A DNA stretch of 64,000 nt from an uncultured Candidatus Saccharibacteria bacterium (GTDB lineage Bacteria > Patescibacteriota > Minisyncoccia > UBA6257 > 1-14-0-10-40-38), in the NCBI GenBank assembly GCA_964434715.1, contig CAYSWC010000001.1, forward strand, positions 35,037 through 99,036, read 5' to 3'. Made by a program: the position numbers and the translations under genes. This document shows, piece after piece, positions 47,686 to 56,391 of this stretch. The first letter of the stretch is position 1. Each line of letters begins with the position of its first letter. The notes below the pieces were generated by a model. The model was not told the DNA's origin. It searched no databases and saw nothing but the letters and a program-made list of their open reading frames with translations.

Positions 47686-47809
47686 AGATATAGATAATGA
47701 GTTTTTACCCCGTTAGAAATCCTACCAGCGCTATCAATGTCCTAAAATAGGTTTGCCGATCAAATGTATTTATGAGGTAATACTTTATCTCTGGGATTTC
47801 TAACGGGGC

Positions 47810-48820
47810 TTAGACTCGGCCTATCACATCACACATGGCGCTTAATTCATCATCGGTAACGTATTGATGACAAGGAAACGCCAGACATTTCTTATAATGC
47901 GGATCAAGGATATTACGATTGACATCAAAATGAAGGATGTCGGCTACAATATTCTTGGCTTTAAGCATCGCCCGAGCCGATTCAAGTTTTGACTCTGAGA
48001 AAAAGATAGGGACGCAAAGCGGCACAATATCGCATTCTTCGTCAAGTTCGTCTGGATGATATTGTTTGCCCGCCTGTTTCTTCAAAGTCTTAAATAAATA
48101 TTGTCTTCGAGCGACAGCCGATTTTAAATCAGCTAAGGTCTCGGGAAATCGCCGCAGAGCGGCGGGAGCAACTCGCGGGAAATGAATGCTCTTAATATAG
48201 ACGGCATTTAACAAGAAAGGGGGTTGGCGCAGTAAATAATTCTGCCGCGCCGCCCTAAGCGACAGCTGATCAAACAAACGATGACCCAGCGATTTCGGCT
48301 TAAGTCGGACATCGTTGAGGTGCGAGATAATATCGTCTCGCCTTGAGAGCACCGCGCCGCCCACATAGGTCGGGAAAAATTTCGGCAGACTGACAACGGC
48401 GGCATCCCCAAAAGTACCAACCAGTTCTCCGCGATAAGCACTGCCAAAAGTGTGGGCGCAATCCTCAATGACCAGCCAACCGCGCTTTTTCGCTTGCGCC
48501 ATAATGATATCCATGCGCTGGGGATAACCCCACTGATGAAGCACGAATACGGCTTTGGTGCGCGCATTCGCCTCTTGGACGGCAAATCCCTGCAAATTAA
48601 GTATATAGAGCGCCGAACGACACAGAAAATCAGGAATAAGAATATGGTCGGTACGAAATAAACCAAAATATTTTATGATCTGATAAATGCCGGCCCGAGC
48701 AGAACTCATGGTGGCCGCCTTAATGCCGAAGTGGTCTGAAAGAAGTTTGTCTAATGCCGCTTCCTTGAGGGCGGTGTGTCGGCGAAGGATTTTTTTATTA
48801 TAGGGATAGATGTCAATCAT
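47810..48820 (-). CDS. DegT/DnrJ/EryC1/StrS-family PLP-dependent aminotransferase-like protein (paralogue)
   Basis: 336 aa with IEDCAHTFGSAY and GDAAVVSLPKFFPTYVGGAVLS. Paralogous to the 46669 ORF. Confidence 0.65.
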   Translation of the reverse strand: MIDIYPYNKKILRRHTALKEAALDKLLSDHFGIKAATMSSARAGIYQIIKYFGLFRTDHILIPDFLCRSALYILNLQGFAVQEANARTKAVFVLHQWGYPQRMDIIMAQAKKRGWLVIEDCAHTFGSAYRGELVGTFGDAAVVSLPKFFPTYVGGAVLSRRDDIISHLNDVRLKPKSLGHRLFDQLSLRAARQNYLLRQPPFLLNAVYIKSIHFPRVAPAALRRFPETLADLKSAVARRQYLFKTLKKQAGKQYHPDELDEECDIVPLCVPIFFSESKLESARAMLKAKNIVADILHFDVNRNILDPHYKKCLAFPCHQYVTDDELSAMCDVIGRV

Positions 48821-48828
48821 ATCTTAAA

Positions 48829-49638
48829 TCAATTTATATTTTTCCCAAATAAATTCAAAGCTTTTTTTGCCCATACAAAAGCCGGGGTGGCATAACGACA
48901 CATATAAATATCTCTTACTTCCCCACCAAATGACATTTTAAAGTCCTTAATGCCGCGCTTTGTCGGATCATCGGTAATGCCGGCTAAATCAAAAATTTTC
49001 CTGCTGTTTGCCTTGCCCCATTTTATCGCCTCCCAATTAAGACCCCTGGTCGCCTGAGCGACAATTCGGGGATCAGCTATTACTTTCCGTAGCGACGCAA
49101 TATGCTTGGCTCTGATAATCTCACCATTGTCATAAAAAGACGTGGTCACAATCATTTCACCTTTAAAATAAGCGTTAAAAAAGAGGCAGTGCTTAAATTC
49201 TTCTCTGATATCCGGTCGAGCACCTTCTTCGCGTTTTACTTTTTGATAAAGCGAGTATGATTTGTCAAAATCATTATCTGCTGCCACTAGCTTTAAATCG
49301 GGATTTCTTTCGCCGCGTCTTATGTGTTTTTTACAAGTGTCATTAAATCTCTGAAAAATCTTTTCTAAATCATCCGATAAATCGAAAATTGGCGTCCGCT
49401 GTATTCTTACGTCGAAACCGGGGAGCTCTTCTTTAAGAAACGTATAAATGTGAATATACTGGTATTTTTTCTTTAAATCTTTGGCGTCCTTGCTGGTTAT
49501 CTCTTGAGAAAGAATCCGCGCGTATCGGAAACCGAGGAAAGTTAGATCTTGTATTAAATCTTGTTCTCTCATTAAAAGCAACAAACTTGAGTTATCTCGA
49601 ATATATCTAAGAGCGCATTTTATCTCACTACAATACAA
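48829..49638 (-). CDS. FemAB-family (aminoacyl-tRNA-dependent aminoacyltransferase-like) protein
   Basis: 269 aa. The C-terminal block (LNWEAIKWGKANSRKIFDLAGI...GIKDFKMSFGGEVRDIY) matches the FemAB/FemX family pattern. Confidence 0.5.
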   Translation of the reverse strand: MYCSEIKCALRYIRDNSSLLLLMREQDLIQDLTFLGFRYARILSQEITSKDAKDLKKKYQYIHIYTFLKEELPGFDVRIQRTPIFDLSDDLEKIFQRFNDTCKKHIRRGERNPDLKLVAADNDFDKSYSLYQKVKREEGARPDIREEFKHCLFFNAYFKGEMIVTTSFYDNGEIIRAKHIASLRKVIADPRIVAQATRGLNWEAIKWGKANSRKIFDLAGITDDPTKRGIKDFKMSFGGEVRDIYMCRYATPAFVWAKKALNLFGKNIN

Positions 49639-49663
49639 CCCGGACTTTAGAAAAAAGGTACCA

Positions 49664-51043
49664 TCACCATGCGGCTCGCTCTATAATTTCATCAACTTGG
49701 CGAGAAATAAATTGTCCGATTCTTTGCCCAGCCCGGCCATCCAGTTTCCAGCAGTAATCCCTAAGCATTGCCCCTCTCGCGGTCTCGTCTTTTTTCGGAT
49801 CCTCTAAATAGCCGCGCAGATATTCTAAAAGTTGTTCCTGGCTTTGCGCTGACCGCAGAGCACCGCTTTTAAGTAGCGGAGCTGGATGGTTGTACTCAAC
49901 ACACCGACGCATGCTCAAGTGATATGGTTTGATGCCGTAGCCATCAAAATGAATAATAATGGTCGGCTTGCCAAAAATTGCGGCATCAATACCAATAGAG
50001 GCCCCGGCCGAGACAACTACATCAGCATGATACAGACAATCAGCCAACCATTCCATATCGGCTCGTCCTAATTCTCTATCTCGATAAACATTATCTCCAA
50101 AAAAATGGCCAGGATCATCTAAATAAAAATGTTCGTCGGGTTTAAAGCTGCCGAGTGGAACGAAATCGTTCGGGGTATTACGAATTAAGACGCCGGCGTC
50201 TGGTATTTCCTTATCCTTTATGAACTTCTTCAAAATATCCATGATTTCCCAGTCGGTATCGGTAAAACGCTGGCCCGCGGGCGCTAAAAGAATCAGTTTT
50301 CGATTCGGATCCAAGCCGATTTTTTGGAAAAATTTATCCCGTGGCAGACGCTCACCGACAAGATACCGATCGTAATGGGGAAAGCCGCTCACAAAAATCT
50401 TGGCTGAAGGAACGCGGCTAAACTGATTGGCCTCTTTTTTTATAATCTCGTTCTGAACAATCAAAAAATCCGGTTCGATTCTTAAAACTCCTTTAGTAGT
50501 AAAATTATCCCAAGAGCGAACCATACCGATTGTCTTGATATTGTTTTTCTTAGCCTCGACGAGCAGGTGAACATCGTCATCATTAAATACGTCAGCTGCA
50601 AAAATCAGCAGCGGCCGATATCGCTCAAACAAATGATGATAATAATCCTTGCGCATGGTGAGATAATCACTAAGCTGGGAGAGTTTAATCATACCGGGTA
50701 TTAATCGGATGACCCGCATCAATATAAAAGAAACCCAAAATCTCAATTTTCTGCCGCCTTTGGCTAATTGTTCTTTTTTATGCAAGAGCAAAGTTTGCGA
50801 AGGAACCAAAGAACTATTGATAAATCGGAAAATGGTATCTTGGCGTGATATTTGTCCTGCCTGAACGCCCTGAATAATTACCTGATTATTGCCAATTTCC
50901 TTTTGGAAAAAATCCTTTTTATATTCAGGCACTAAGATCACTATTTTGGAAAGATTTCGAGACAATTCCTTTAATGAGCCGCCAATCAAAACATTCCGTA
51001 AAATAAACGGATTGAAGGCTGAGATAAAAATAGTTTTATCCAT
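49664..51043 (-). CDS. TagF-like CDP-alcohol phosphotransferase, GT-B fold
   Basis: 459 aa with the blocks RKLILLAPAGQRF, VLIRNTPND and ADVVVSAGASIGIDAAIFGKPTIII. Confidence 0.55.
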   Translation of the reverse strand: MDKTIFISAFNPFILRNVLIGGSLKELSRNLSKIVILVPEYKKDFFQKEIGNNQVIIQGVQAGQISRQDTIFRFINSSLVPSQTLLLHKKEQLAKGGRKLRFWVSFILMRVIRLIPGMIKLSQLSDYLTMRKDYYHHLFERYRPLLIFAADVFNDDDVHLLVEAKKNNIKTIGMVRSWDNFTTKGVLRIEPDFLIVQNEIIKKEANQFSRVPSAKIFVSGFPHYDRYLVGERLPRDKFFQKIGLDPNRKLILLAPAGQRFTDTDWEIMDILKKFIKDKEIPDAGVLIRNTPNDFVPLGSFKPDEHFYLDDPGHFFGDNVYRDRELGRADMEWLADCLYHADVVVSAGASIGIDAAIFGKPTIIIHFDGYGIKPYHLSMRRCVEYNHPAPLLKSGALRSAQSQEQLLEYLRGYLEDPKKDETARGAMLRDYCWKLDGRAGQRIGQFISRQVDEIIERAAW

Positions 51044-51061
51044 AAATGTTATTGGGCTAGC

Positions 51062-51412
51062 TTAATCCTGAACGATGGCAATGGCTATGGCATAATCCTG
51101 TTCATGTGATAAAGAAACTAAAATTTGACTCTTAACCATTGACTCTTGACTCTTGACCCGTGGTCTTCCGTCCTGATCGTTTAAAATCTCGAACTGTTTT
51201 AGCCGGTAAACGCTCTTGCCGAGCGCTTTTAGAACCGCTTCTTTACCAGCAAAACGAGCGGTGAAATGTTCGTAAGGATCAGTTTTGGATAAACAATATT
51301 TGATTTCTCGAGGGGTAAAAATTTTCCTGTAAAAAGACCGGTGGCGTCCGTGGGGCAGTTTCCGAAATCTTTTTACCGCCGCTATATCAATACCGACATT
51401 TTTTATGGTCAT
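51062..51412 (-). CDS. acpS: holo-[acyl-carrier-protein] synthase (4'-phosphopantetheinyl transferase)
   Basis: 116 aa with the AcpS pattern (GIDIAAVKRF...IFTPREIKYC...FAGKEAVLKALG). Confidence 0.8.
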   Translation of the reverse strand: MTIKNVGIDIAAVKRFRKLPHGRHRSFYRKIFTPREIKYCLSKTDPYEHFTARFAGKEAVLKALGKSVYRLKQFEILNDQDGRPRVKSQESMVKSQILVSLSHEQDYAIAIAIVQD

Positions 51413-52767
51413 ATAAATTCATATAAAAAATTGGCAATACGTTCGCCGGCACGACCATCTAAACGCCAGCCTTGTTCGCGGACTAACCGACTTCTACCAC
51501 CTCTATCAATGGTCGGGTCTTCCAAATAGCGGTTGATGGCTATGATAAATTGTTCTTTGTTTTTAGGGTAAACAATTCCTCCGGAGTTAACGGCATTCTG
51601 ATAATGCGTCATTTGGTAAAAATAAGTCGGGGATTTTGACATCAATTCTTTAGTCCTTACTTCAAAATCAATATTGATGACTGGCTTGTCAAAGACGGCG
51701 GCATCGATACTCATGCTTGAGGCATAACAGATGAAAAGATCGGCGTTTGCCAAAGTGTCGGTAAGACCTTTGATATCGTGAAAACTCATATCCCAATCAA
51801 CGCCGCGCTCGGCGGAGAAACGTATGCCCGGCAGATCATAAACAAGCCAGGGGCGCTTTTTGATCTCTGTCTCATCAGTGAAATCATTAGGCTGAAAGCG
51901 TACGAATAGTTGCGAGTTATGAGTTATGAGTTTATGAGTTATTGCATTATTGAGTAAGTCAATGATATCCCAGTCAGAATTGCTGAAGGCCTTGCCCATC
52001 GGGGCATAAACTATCAATTTTTTACTCGGATCCAATCGCTTCCTCCTAAAAAAGTCGTCGCGGCTTAGTGGCTTATAATTTATATGCCAATCATAGTTGG
52101 GAATACCGGCGATAAAAATATCCTCGCTCTTCATATCGGCATGTTCCTCGGCTTCCTCTCGAACTAAATCATTAAAGACAATTAGCTTGTCCGGAAGGAG
52201 CCTTATCACGCCGCGAGCCGCCGTTAGTTTATCCCAAGAATTGATAAAGCCGATGACTGGAATACCACGATGTTTAGCCTCGCGCAACAAATCAATCTCA
52301 AGATCATCAAAAAGATGAGCTAAAAAAACCAAGTCGGGCTGGTATCTTTCGAGGTGATGTTTAAAAGTTTTGCTGCTTACCAAAAAATAATCCAGCGCCC
52401 GCGTAAGCTTCCTTATCGGACGGTGTGCGAGTATTCGGTTTAAAGCTAGGTTCAAATAATAGCTTAGATAATTATGATTTTCTTCCAGGGCCATACGCCT
52501 TCTTAGGTCAACTGTATCGGTAGCAAGAAGTAAAAATTTCAAACTGGAAAAAAAATTTTCAAACAGATTTTTTTTTCTCTGACCGACAACTTCGTAAAAG
52601 ATATTGGGATTAGAAAATTCCTTCCGGTAATAGGCGGCGCGCTCTGGAGTGCCAACAAAAAAAACAAGCCGCACGTCGCCGCGTTCAATTAGTCGTCTAT
52701 AAATGTCTGTCCGCAGGATGTTTTTTGCTTCAACACCCTGAAAAATCGTGATAAAAATTGTCTTCAT
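51409..52767 (-). CDS. TagF-like CDP-alcohol phosphotransferase, GT-B fold
   Basis: 452 aa with the blocks KKLIVYAPMGKAF, LFVRFQPND and ADLFICYASSMSIDAAVFDKPVINID. Contains an imperfect GAGTTAT heptamer tract. Confidence 0.55.
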   Translation of the reverse strand: MKTIFITIFQGVEAKNILRTDIYRRLIERGDVRLVFFVGTPERAAYYRKEFSNPNIFYEVVGQRKKNLFENFFSSLKFLLLATDTVDLRRRMALEENHNYLSYYLNLALNRILAHRPIRKLTRALDYFLVSSKTFKHHLERYQPDLVFLAHLFDDLEIDLLREAKHRGIPVIGFINSWDKLTAARGVIRLLPDKLIVFNDLVREEAEEHADMKSEDIFIAGIPNYDWHINYKPLSRDDFFRRKRLDPSKKLIVYAPMGKAFSNSDWDIIDLLNNAITHKLITHNSQLFVRFQPNDFTDETEIKKRPWLVYDLPGIRFSAERGVDWDMSFHDIKGLTDTLANADLFICYASSMSIDAAVFDKPVINIDFEVRTKELMSKSPTYFYQMTHYQNAVNSGGIVYPKNKEQFIIAINRYLEDPTIDRGGRSRLVREQGWRLDGRAGERIANFLYEFI

Positions 52768-52777
52768 TAGCCGACAA

Positions 52778-53443
52778 TTAACCCTCTAAATCTTGAGGCG
52801 AGGCAAGCGAAGCCCTAGTGGGGCCCAAAACCGCATAGACTGGATAATCTTTAAGGAATTGGTTAAGCATGGAGGAAAGATAATATTCGCCGTCAGGGTG
52901 ACGCCTTGGCCGGTACTTGAAAATATTGGTATCAACCACCATCACGCCGGCCGCCACCAAATCTGATACCGGCCGAGGCGGTTTTTCAATAATTTCTAAA
53001 ATGCGCCCTTGGGTATTCAAAACCATAACAGCGGAGGCGCTGGGATTAGTAACCCGGAAAGCTAAAGTAGTAAATGGCTTGCTCAGGCACTCTTTTATCT
53101 CTCCGGGTTTAGGCAATTCATCGCCGTAGATCACGAGAAATCGTTCTCCCTCGGTGAAAATACCCTCGGCTTTGGAGCGAAGCAGGGCGTGAGCCGTCCC
53201 CCGCGGTGGATCTTGAATAACGTAACGAACTGATCGGCCTTTATAGGAATTGCCGAGGTACTTCTTAATCCGTGCTCCCAAATAACCGATAACTAGAACC
53301 ACTTCATTAACCTCTTTGGGCAAGGCATCAAAAATGTGATCTATTATTCTTTTACCGGAAAACTTTAAGAGGGCTTTGGGGGTCGTGAGCGTAAGCGGTC
53401 TCATCCTTTTACCCTTGCCAGCAGCCAAAATAACAGCTTTCAT
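52778..53443 (-). CDS. sugar-phosphate (or alcohol-phosphate) nucleotidyltransferase, HddC-like
   Basis: 221 aa in the NTP_transferase family (AVILAAGKGKRMRPLT). Adjacent to gmhB/gmhA, so likely a D-glycero-D-manno-heptose-1-P guanylyltransferase. A role as an inositol-1-P cytidylyltransferase cannot be excluded. Confidence 0.65.
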   Translation of the reverse strand: MKAVILAAGKGKRMRPLTLTTPKALLKFSGKRIIDHIFDALPKEVNEVVLVIGYLGARIKKYLGNSYKGRSVRYVIQDPPRGTAHALLRSKAEGIFTEGERFLVIYGDELPKPGEIKECLSKPFTTLAFRVTNPSASAVMVLNTQGRILEIIEKPPRPVSDLVAAGVMVVDTNIFKYRPRRHPDGEYYLSSMLNQFLKDYPVYAVLGPTRASLASPQDLEG

Positions 53444-53465
53444 AATAAGTAGTGTGTTGATAATA

Positions 53466-54029
53466 TTACTTACGGCTTAAACTTTTTAAAAGCTCGGCCG
53501 CTTCGAGCAGGGTTTTGACCCGATAGTCGCTCGAGATTGATTGATTATAATCCGCATCAATGAGAATTGTTCTGCAGCCGGCTGCTTGTCCGGCCAAAAC
53601 ATCTTTCTCGGTATCGCCGATGAGATAAGAATTTTTAAGATCAATAGACCAAATTTTAGCGGCTTTAAATAAAAGACCCGGCTGGGGTTTGCGGCAAAGA
53701 CAATTGTCAAATCGCGTATGATGACAAATTAAAACGTCATCAAACGGCAACTCTTCAACCCGGGACTGCATTTTCTTCCAATCGTCATAAGTCACCTTAC
53801 CGTAGGCAACATCGGGTTGATTGGTAACCAAGATTTTTAAGAAGGGCAGCTTTTTAAAAAATACGAAGGCTTTCTCGGCATCCTTTACCAGCTTAAACTC
53901 TGAAAGCGTAAACGGCGGCGTGGGCACAGCTTCACCCGGCCGCGTCACTGCCTCAACAATCACGCCGTCCCGATCTAAGAATACGGCGCGCTTGCTACCT
54001 CGGCGATTCTTTGGAAACACACTGCTCAT
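53466..54029 (-). CDS. gmhB: D,D-heptose 1,7-bisphosphate phosphatase
   Basis: 187 aa with HAD motif I (FLDRDGVI) and the Zn-binding CxC motif (CLCRKPQPG) typical of GmhB/HisB-N. Confidence 0.8.
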   Translation of the reverse strand: MSSVFPKNRRGSKRAVFLDRDGVIVEAVTRPGEAVPTPPFTLSEFKLVKDAEKAFVFFKKLPFLKILVTNQPDVAYGKVTYDDWKKMQSRVEELPFDDVLICHHTRFDNCLCRKPQPGLLFKAAKIWSIDLKNSYLIGDTEKDVLAGQAAGCRTILIDADYNQSISSDYRVKTLLEAAELLKSLSRK

Positions 54030-54634
54030 GCCTTTTTAAGCGATTCCCATTTGCCCTCATTCACTCGGAATTTCGGATGGGAGACGATGAGATGCCAAAT
54101 AACAGCTTGAAAGCCTTCGGTATGCGGCGTCACGGTTTCCGGATTCACCACCGGAACCACCACGCAGGCGTGAGCTACCTCTTTGGTATAGCCGCCGTCG
54201 CGGCCCACAATACCCAAAATTTTAGCGTCTACTCCGCGCGCGAGCTTGAGCGCCTCAACGATGTTAGCGCTCACATTTTTTTCGACATTGCCGCCGCCCA
54301 CAGAAAAAACCATAATCGCGTCTTTGCTGTTCAATGAGCTGACTCGCAGCCAGTTTGCGAAAACCGTATGCCAGCCTTCATCATTGGTGCGCGCCGTGAG
54401 TTCCGGCACATTGTCAACCGGAGTGTAGGACTCAATGCCGGCGAGCTTGCGGAAATCATTGACCGCGTGACTGGCGTGCCCGGCCCCACCGCCGACTCCT
54501 AGAATAAATAAACGGCCTTTCCCGTCTCTAACGTTCTTCAGTATTCCAATCATGCGATTCAAAGAATCGCGGTCAATCCGGTCAACAATTTCTTTCATTT
54601 CAGAAAAATATTTTTTAATGTAGTCGTGATACAT
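54026..54634 (-). CDS. gmhA: sedoheptulose-7-phosphate isomerase (SIS domain)
   Basis: 202 aa SIS-domain protein (LFILGVGGGAGHASH, IMVFSVGGG). Confidence 0.8.
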   Translation of the reverse strand: MYHDYIKKYFSEMKEIVDRIDRDSLNRMIGILKNVRDGKGRLFILGVGGGAGHASHAVNDFRKLAGIESYTPVDNVPELTARTNDEGWHTVFANWLRVSSLNSKDAIMVFSVGGGNVEKNVSANIVEALKLARGVDAKILGIVGRDGGYTKEVAHACVVVPVVNPETVTPHTEGFQAVIWHLIVSHPKFRVNEGKWESLKKA

Positions 54635-54653
54635 GGGATAGAGGCTCTAATTT

Positions 54654-55373
54654 TTAGAGGGTGTAGCCAGCTTGCTTACCATCTTCATAAAACATCTTAA
54701 CTGTATCCAAGGAGAATTCGTGATGGTCATAACCGATCTTATCAATTTTTTTTAAAATATCGTGAATCACGGTCACGATATCGGCGCCAGCTTCATCGGC
54801 ATGATAGATATTCAAGAGCTCACGCGGGCTGGCCCAGAGCAGTTCAACATTATTGTACGGGGCGAGTAATGTTTTGGCTGCTTTCATGATTGGCATTGGA
54901 TCAGCGCCGGTATCGGCAATCCGCCCCGCAAAAACAGAAATTATGGCCGGCACGCTAGCTCGTAAAGCCGGTAGAATATGCTTTACTTGATCTAGGGTCA
55001 AAACGGCGGTGATGTTCAACTTTATACCGTCCGAGGCAAGCTGCTCCACTAAATCGAACGAGGATTCTCGCTTGGTGTTGGTAATAGGAATCTTTACGTA
55101 GACGTTAGGAGCCCAAGAGGTAATGAGGCGCGCCTGCCGCTCCATCTCTAGGAAATCGTCGGAGAAAACTTCGAAAGAAATTGGCTTCTCACGAATTTCA
55201 GCGAGGATCTCTTTGGCAAATTTTGCATAATCCGCCACGCCGGCTTTTTTCATGAGCGTAGGGTTGGTGGTAAACCCTTTAATTAAAGGATTGGCGGCAA
55301 GCGCAAGTATCCCGTCTTTATCGGCGCCATCAGCAAAAATTTTGACTCGGAGATCCTCGAGACGTTTCGTCAT
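54654..55373 (-). CDS. tal: transaldolase (short Fsa/TalC-like type)
   Basis: 239 aa with TTNPTL and a Schiff-base Lys context (VYVKIP). Confidence 0.85.
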   Translation of the reverse strand: MTKRLEDLRVKIFADGADKDGILALAANPLIKGFTTNPTLMKKAGVADYAKFAKEILAEIREKPISFEVFSDDFLEMERQARLITSWAPNVYVKIPITNTKRESSFDLVEQLASDGIKLNITAVLTLDQVKHILPALRASVPAIISVFAGRIADTGADPMPIMKAAKTLLAPYNNVELLWASPRELLNIYHADEAGADIVTVIHDILKKIDKIGYDHHEFSLDTVKMFYEDGKQAGYTL

Positions 55374-55437
55374 AATAATTAAGATTACGACAAAATTTTT
55401 CTTAGGTCAATCAAGAAAATGCCGTTCTTTTATAAAA

Positions 55438-55500
55438 CCCCGTTACATCCCTATAGGTTTTCCCACCTGCCGACAGGCAGGTTTCTCTGATGTAACGGGG
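55438..55500 (-). other. nested hairpin element (12-bp stem CCCCGTTACATC / GATGTAACGGGG enclosing CCTGCC-GACA-GGCAGG), followed by TTTTAT on the minus strand
   Basis: Read from the sequence between the SDR gene stop and the tal start. Either a terminator or a tal leader structure. Confidence 0.45.
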
Positions 55501-55542
55501 TAAAACTAAACGGTACTCAAAAAGTTTTCCGGACGGCTATTT

Positions 55543-56391
55543 TTAATACCAGTTATAACCCCGATCCTGGGGTTTTACGCGACGGTAATTATAAAGATCA
55601 GAAGACATAATTTCCTTCAAGTGTTCCGGAAACTTGACGTAATTATCCCAGACCGCCGAGATAATTTTGCCGGTTAAGCCGTGAGCGGCGTCCGAGGCTA
55701 AAAACAAGACGAGGGTAGCCGCTTTCTCCGGCGAGACGCCGCCCTCGCTTTTTTGCTTGACGGCCCGATCGTAATTCGCTCGGCCAGCCTTCCCTGGCCC
55801 GGCATAAAGCAAATCATCAAGCATTTTGGTATTGACGGCTCCCGGCGCAATAGCATTCACATCAACACCCGAATCTTTAAGCTCGACCGCGACTGTTTCG
55901 GTTAAACGTCCGATACCGCCTTTAGAGGCCACGTAGGCCGAAAAGTTTGGATAAGCGCCGTCGCCGCCGCCCACAAAATTAATGATCCTGCCGCGCGACT
56001 TCATGAAAGGCGCCAAGGCTCTAATCATTAGGAAGGTACCGAAAAGATTAACTTCAATAACTTTTTTCCATTCCGCCGGCGAGGCCTCAAGAAGCGGACC
56101 AATAGGCCCCAAAATACCGGCGGCATTAACTAGAATATCAACATGGTTCCAAATTTCTTTGATTTTGCGGGCAATTAAATCAACTTCCTCTGCCCGGGAA
56201 ACATCGGCCGCCAGCGTCTCAACTCTCCCCAAATTTAATAATTCCCTCTGAGTTGCCTCCAATTCCCGAATGTCACGGGCAACTAAAAAAACGTCAGCTT
56301 GATTTTCCAAGAAGATTTTAGCAATCGCTTTGCCGATACCCCGACTGCCGCCGGTAATTACGGCTTTTCGGTTTTTTAATTTATCTTTCAT
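55543..56391 (-). CDS. SDR-family oxidoreductase
   Basis: 282 aa with ITGGSRGIGKAIA and YVASKGG (YxxxK). Confidence 0.8.
   Translation of the reverse strand: MKDKLKNRKAVITGGSRGIGKAIAKIFLENQADVFLVARDIRELEATQRELLNLGRVETLAADVSRAEEVDLIARKIKEIWNHVDILVNAAGILGPIGPLLEASPAEWKKVIEVNLFGTFLMIRALAPFMKSRGRIINFVGGGDGAYPNFSAYVASKGGIGRLTETVAVELKDSGVDVNAIAPGAVNTKMLDDLLYAGPGKAGRANYDRAVKQKSEGGVSPEKAATLVLFLASDAAHGLTGKIISAVWDNYVKFPEHLKEIMSSDLYNYRRVKPQDRGYNWY

Noticed and set aside
54011-54337. 108-aa plus-strand ORF overlapping gmhA/gmhB
   Set aside because: Antisense to two well-supported CDSs. No motifs.
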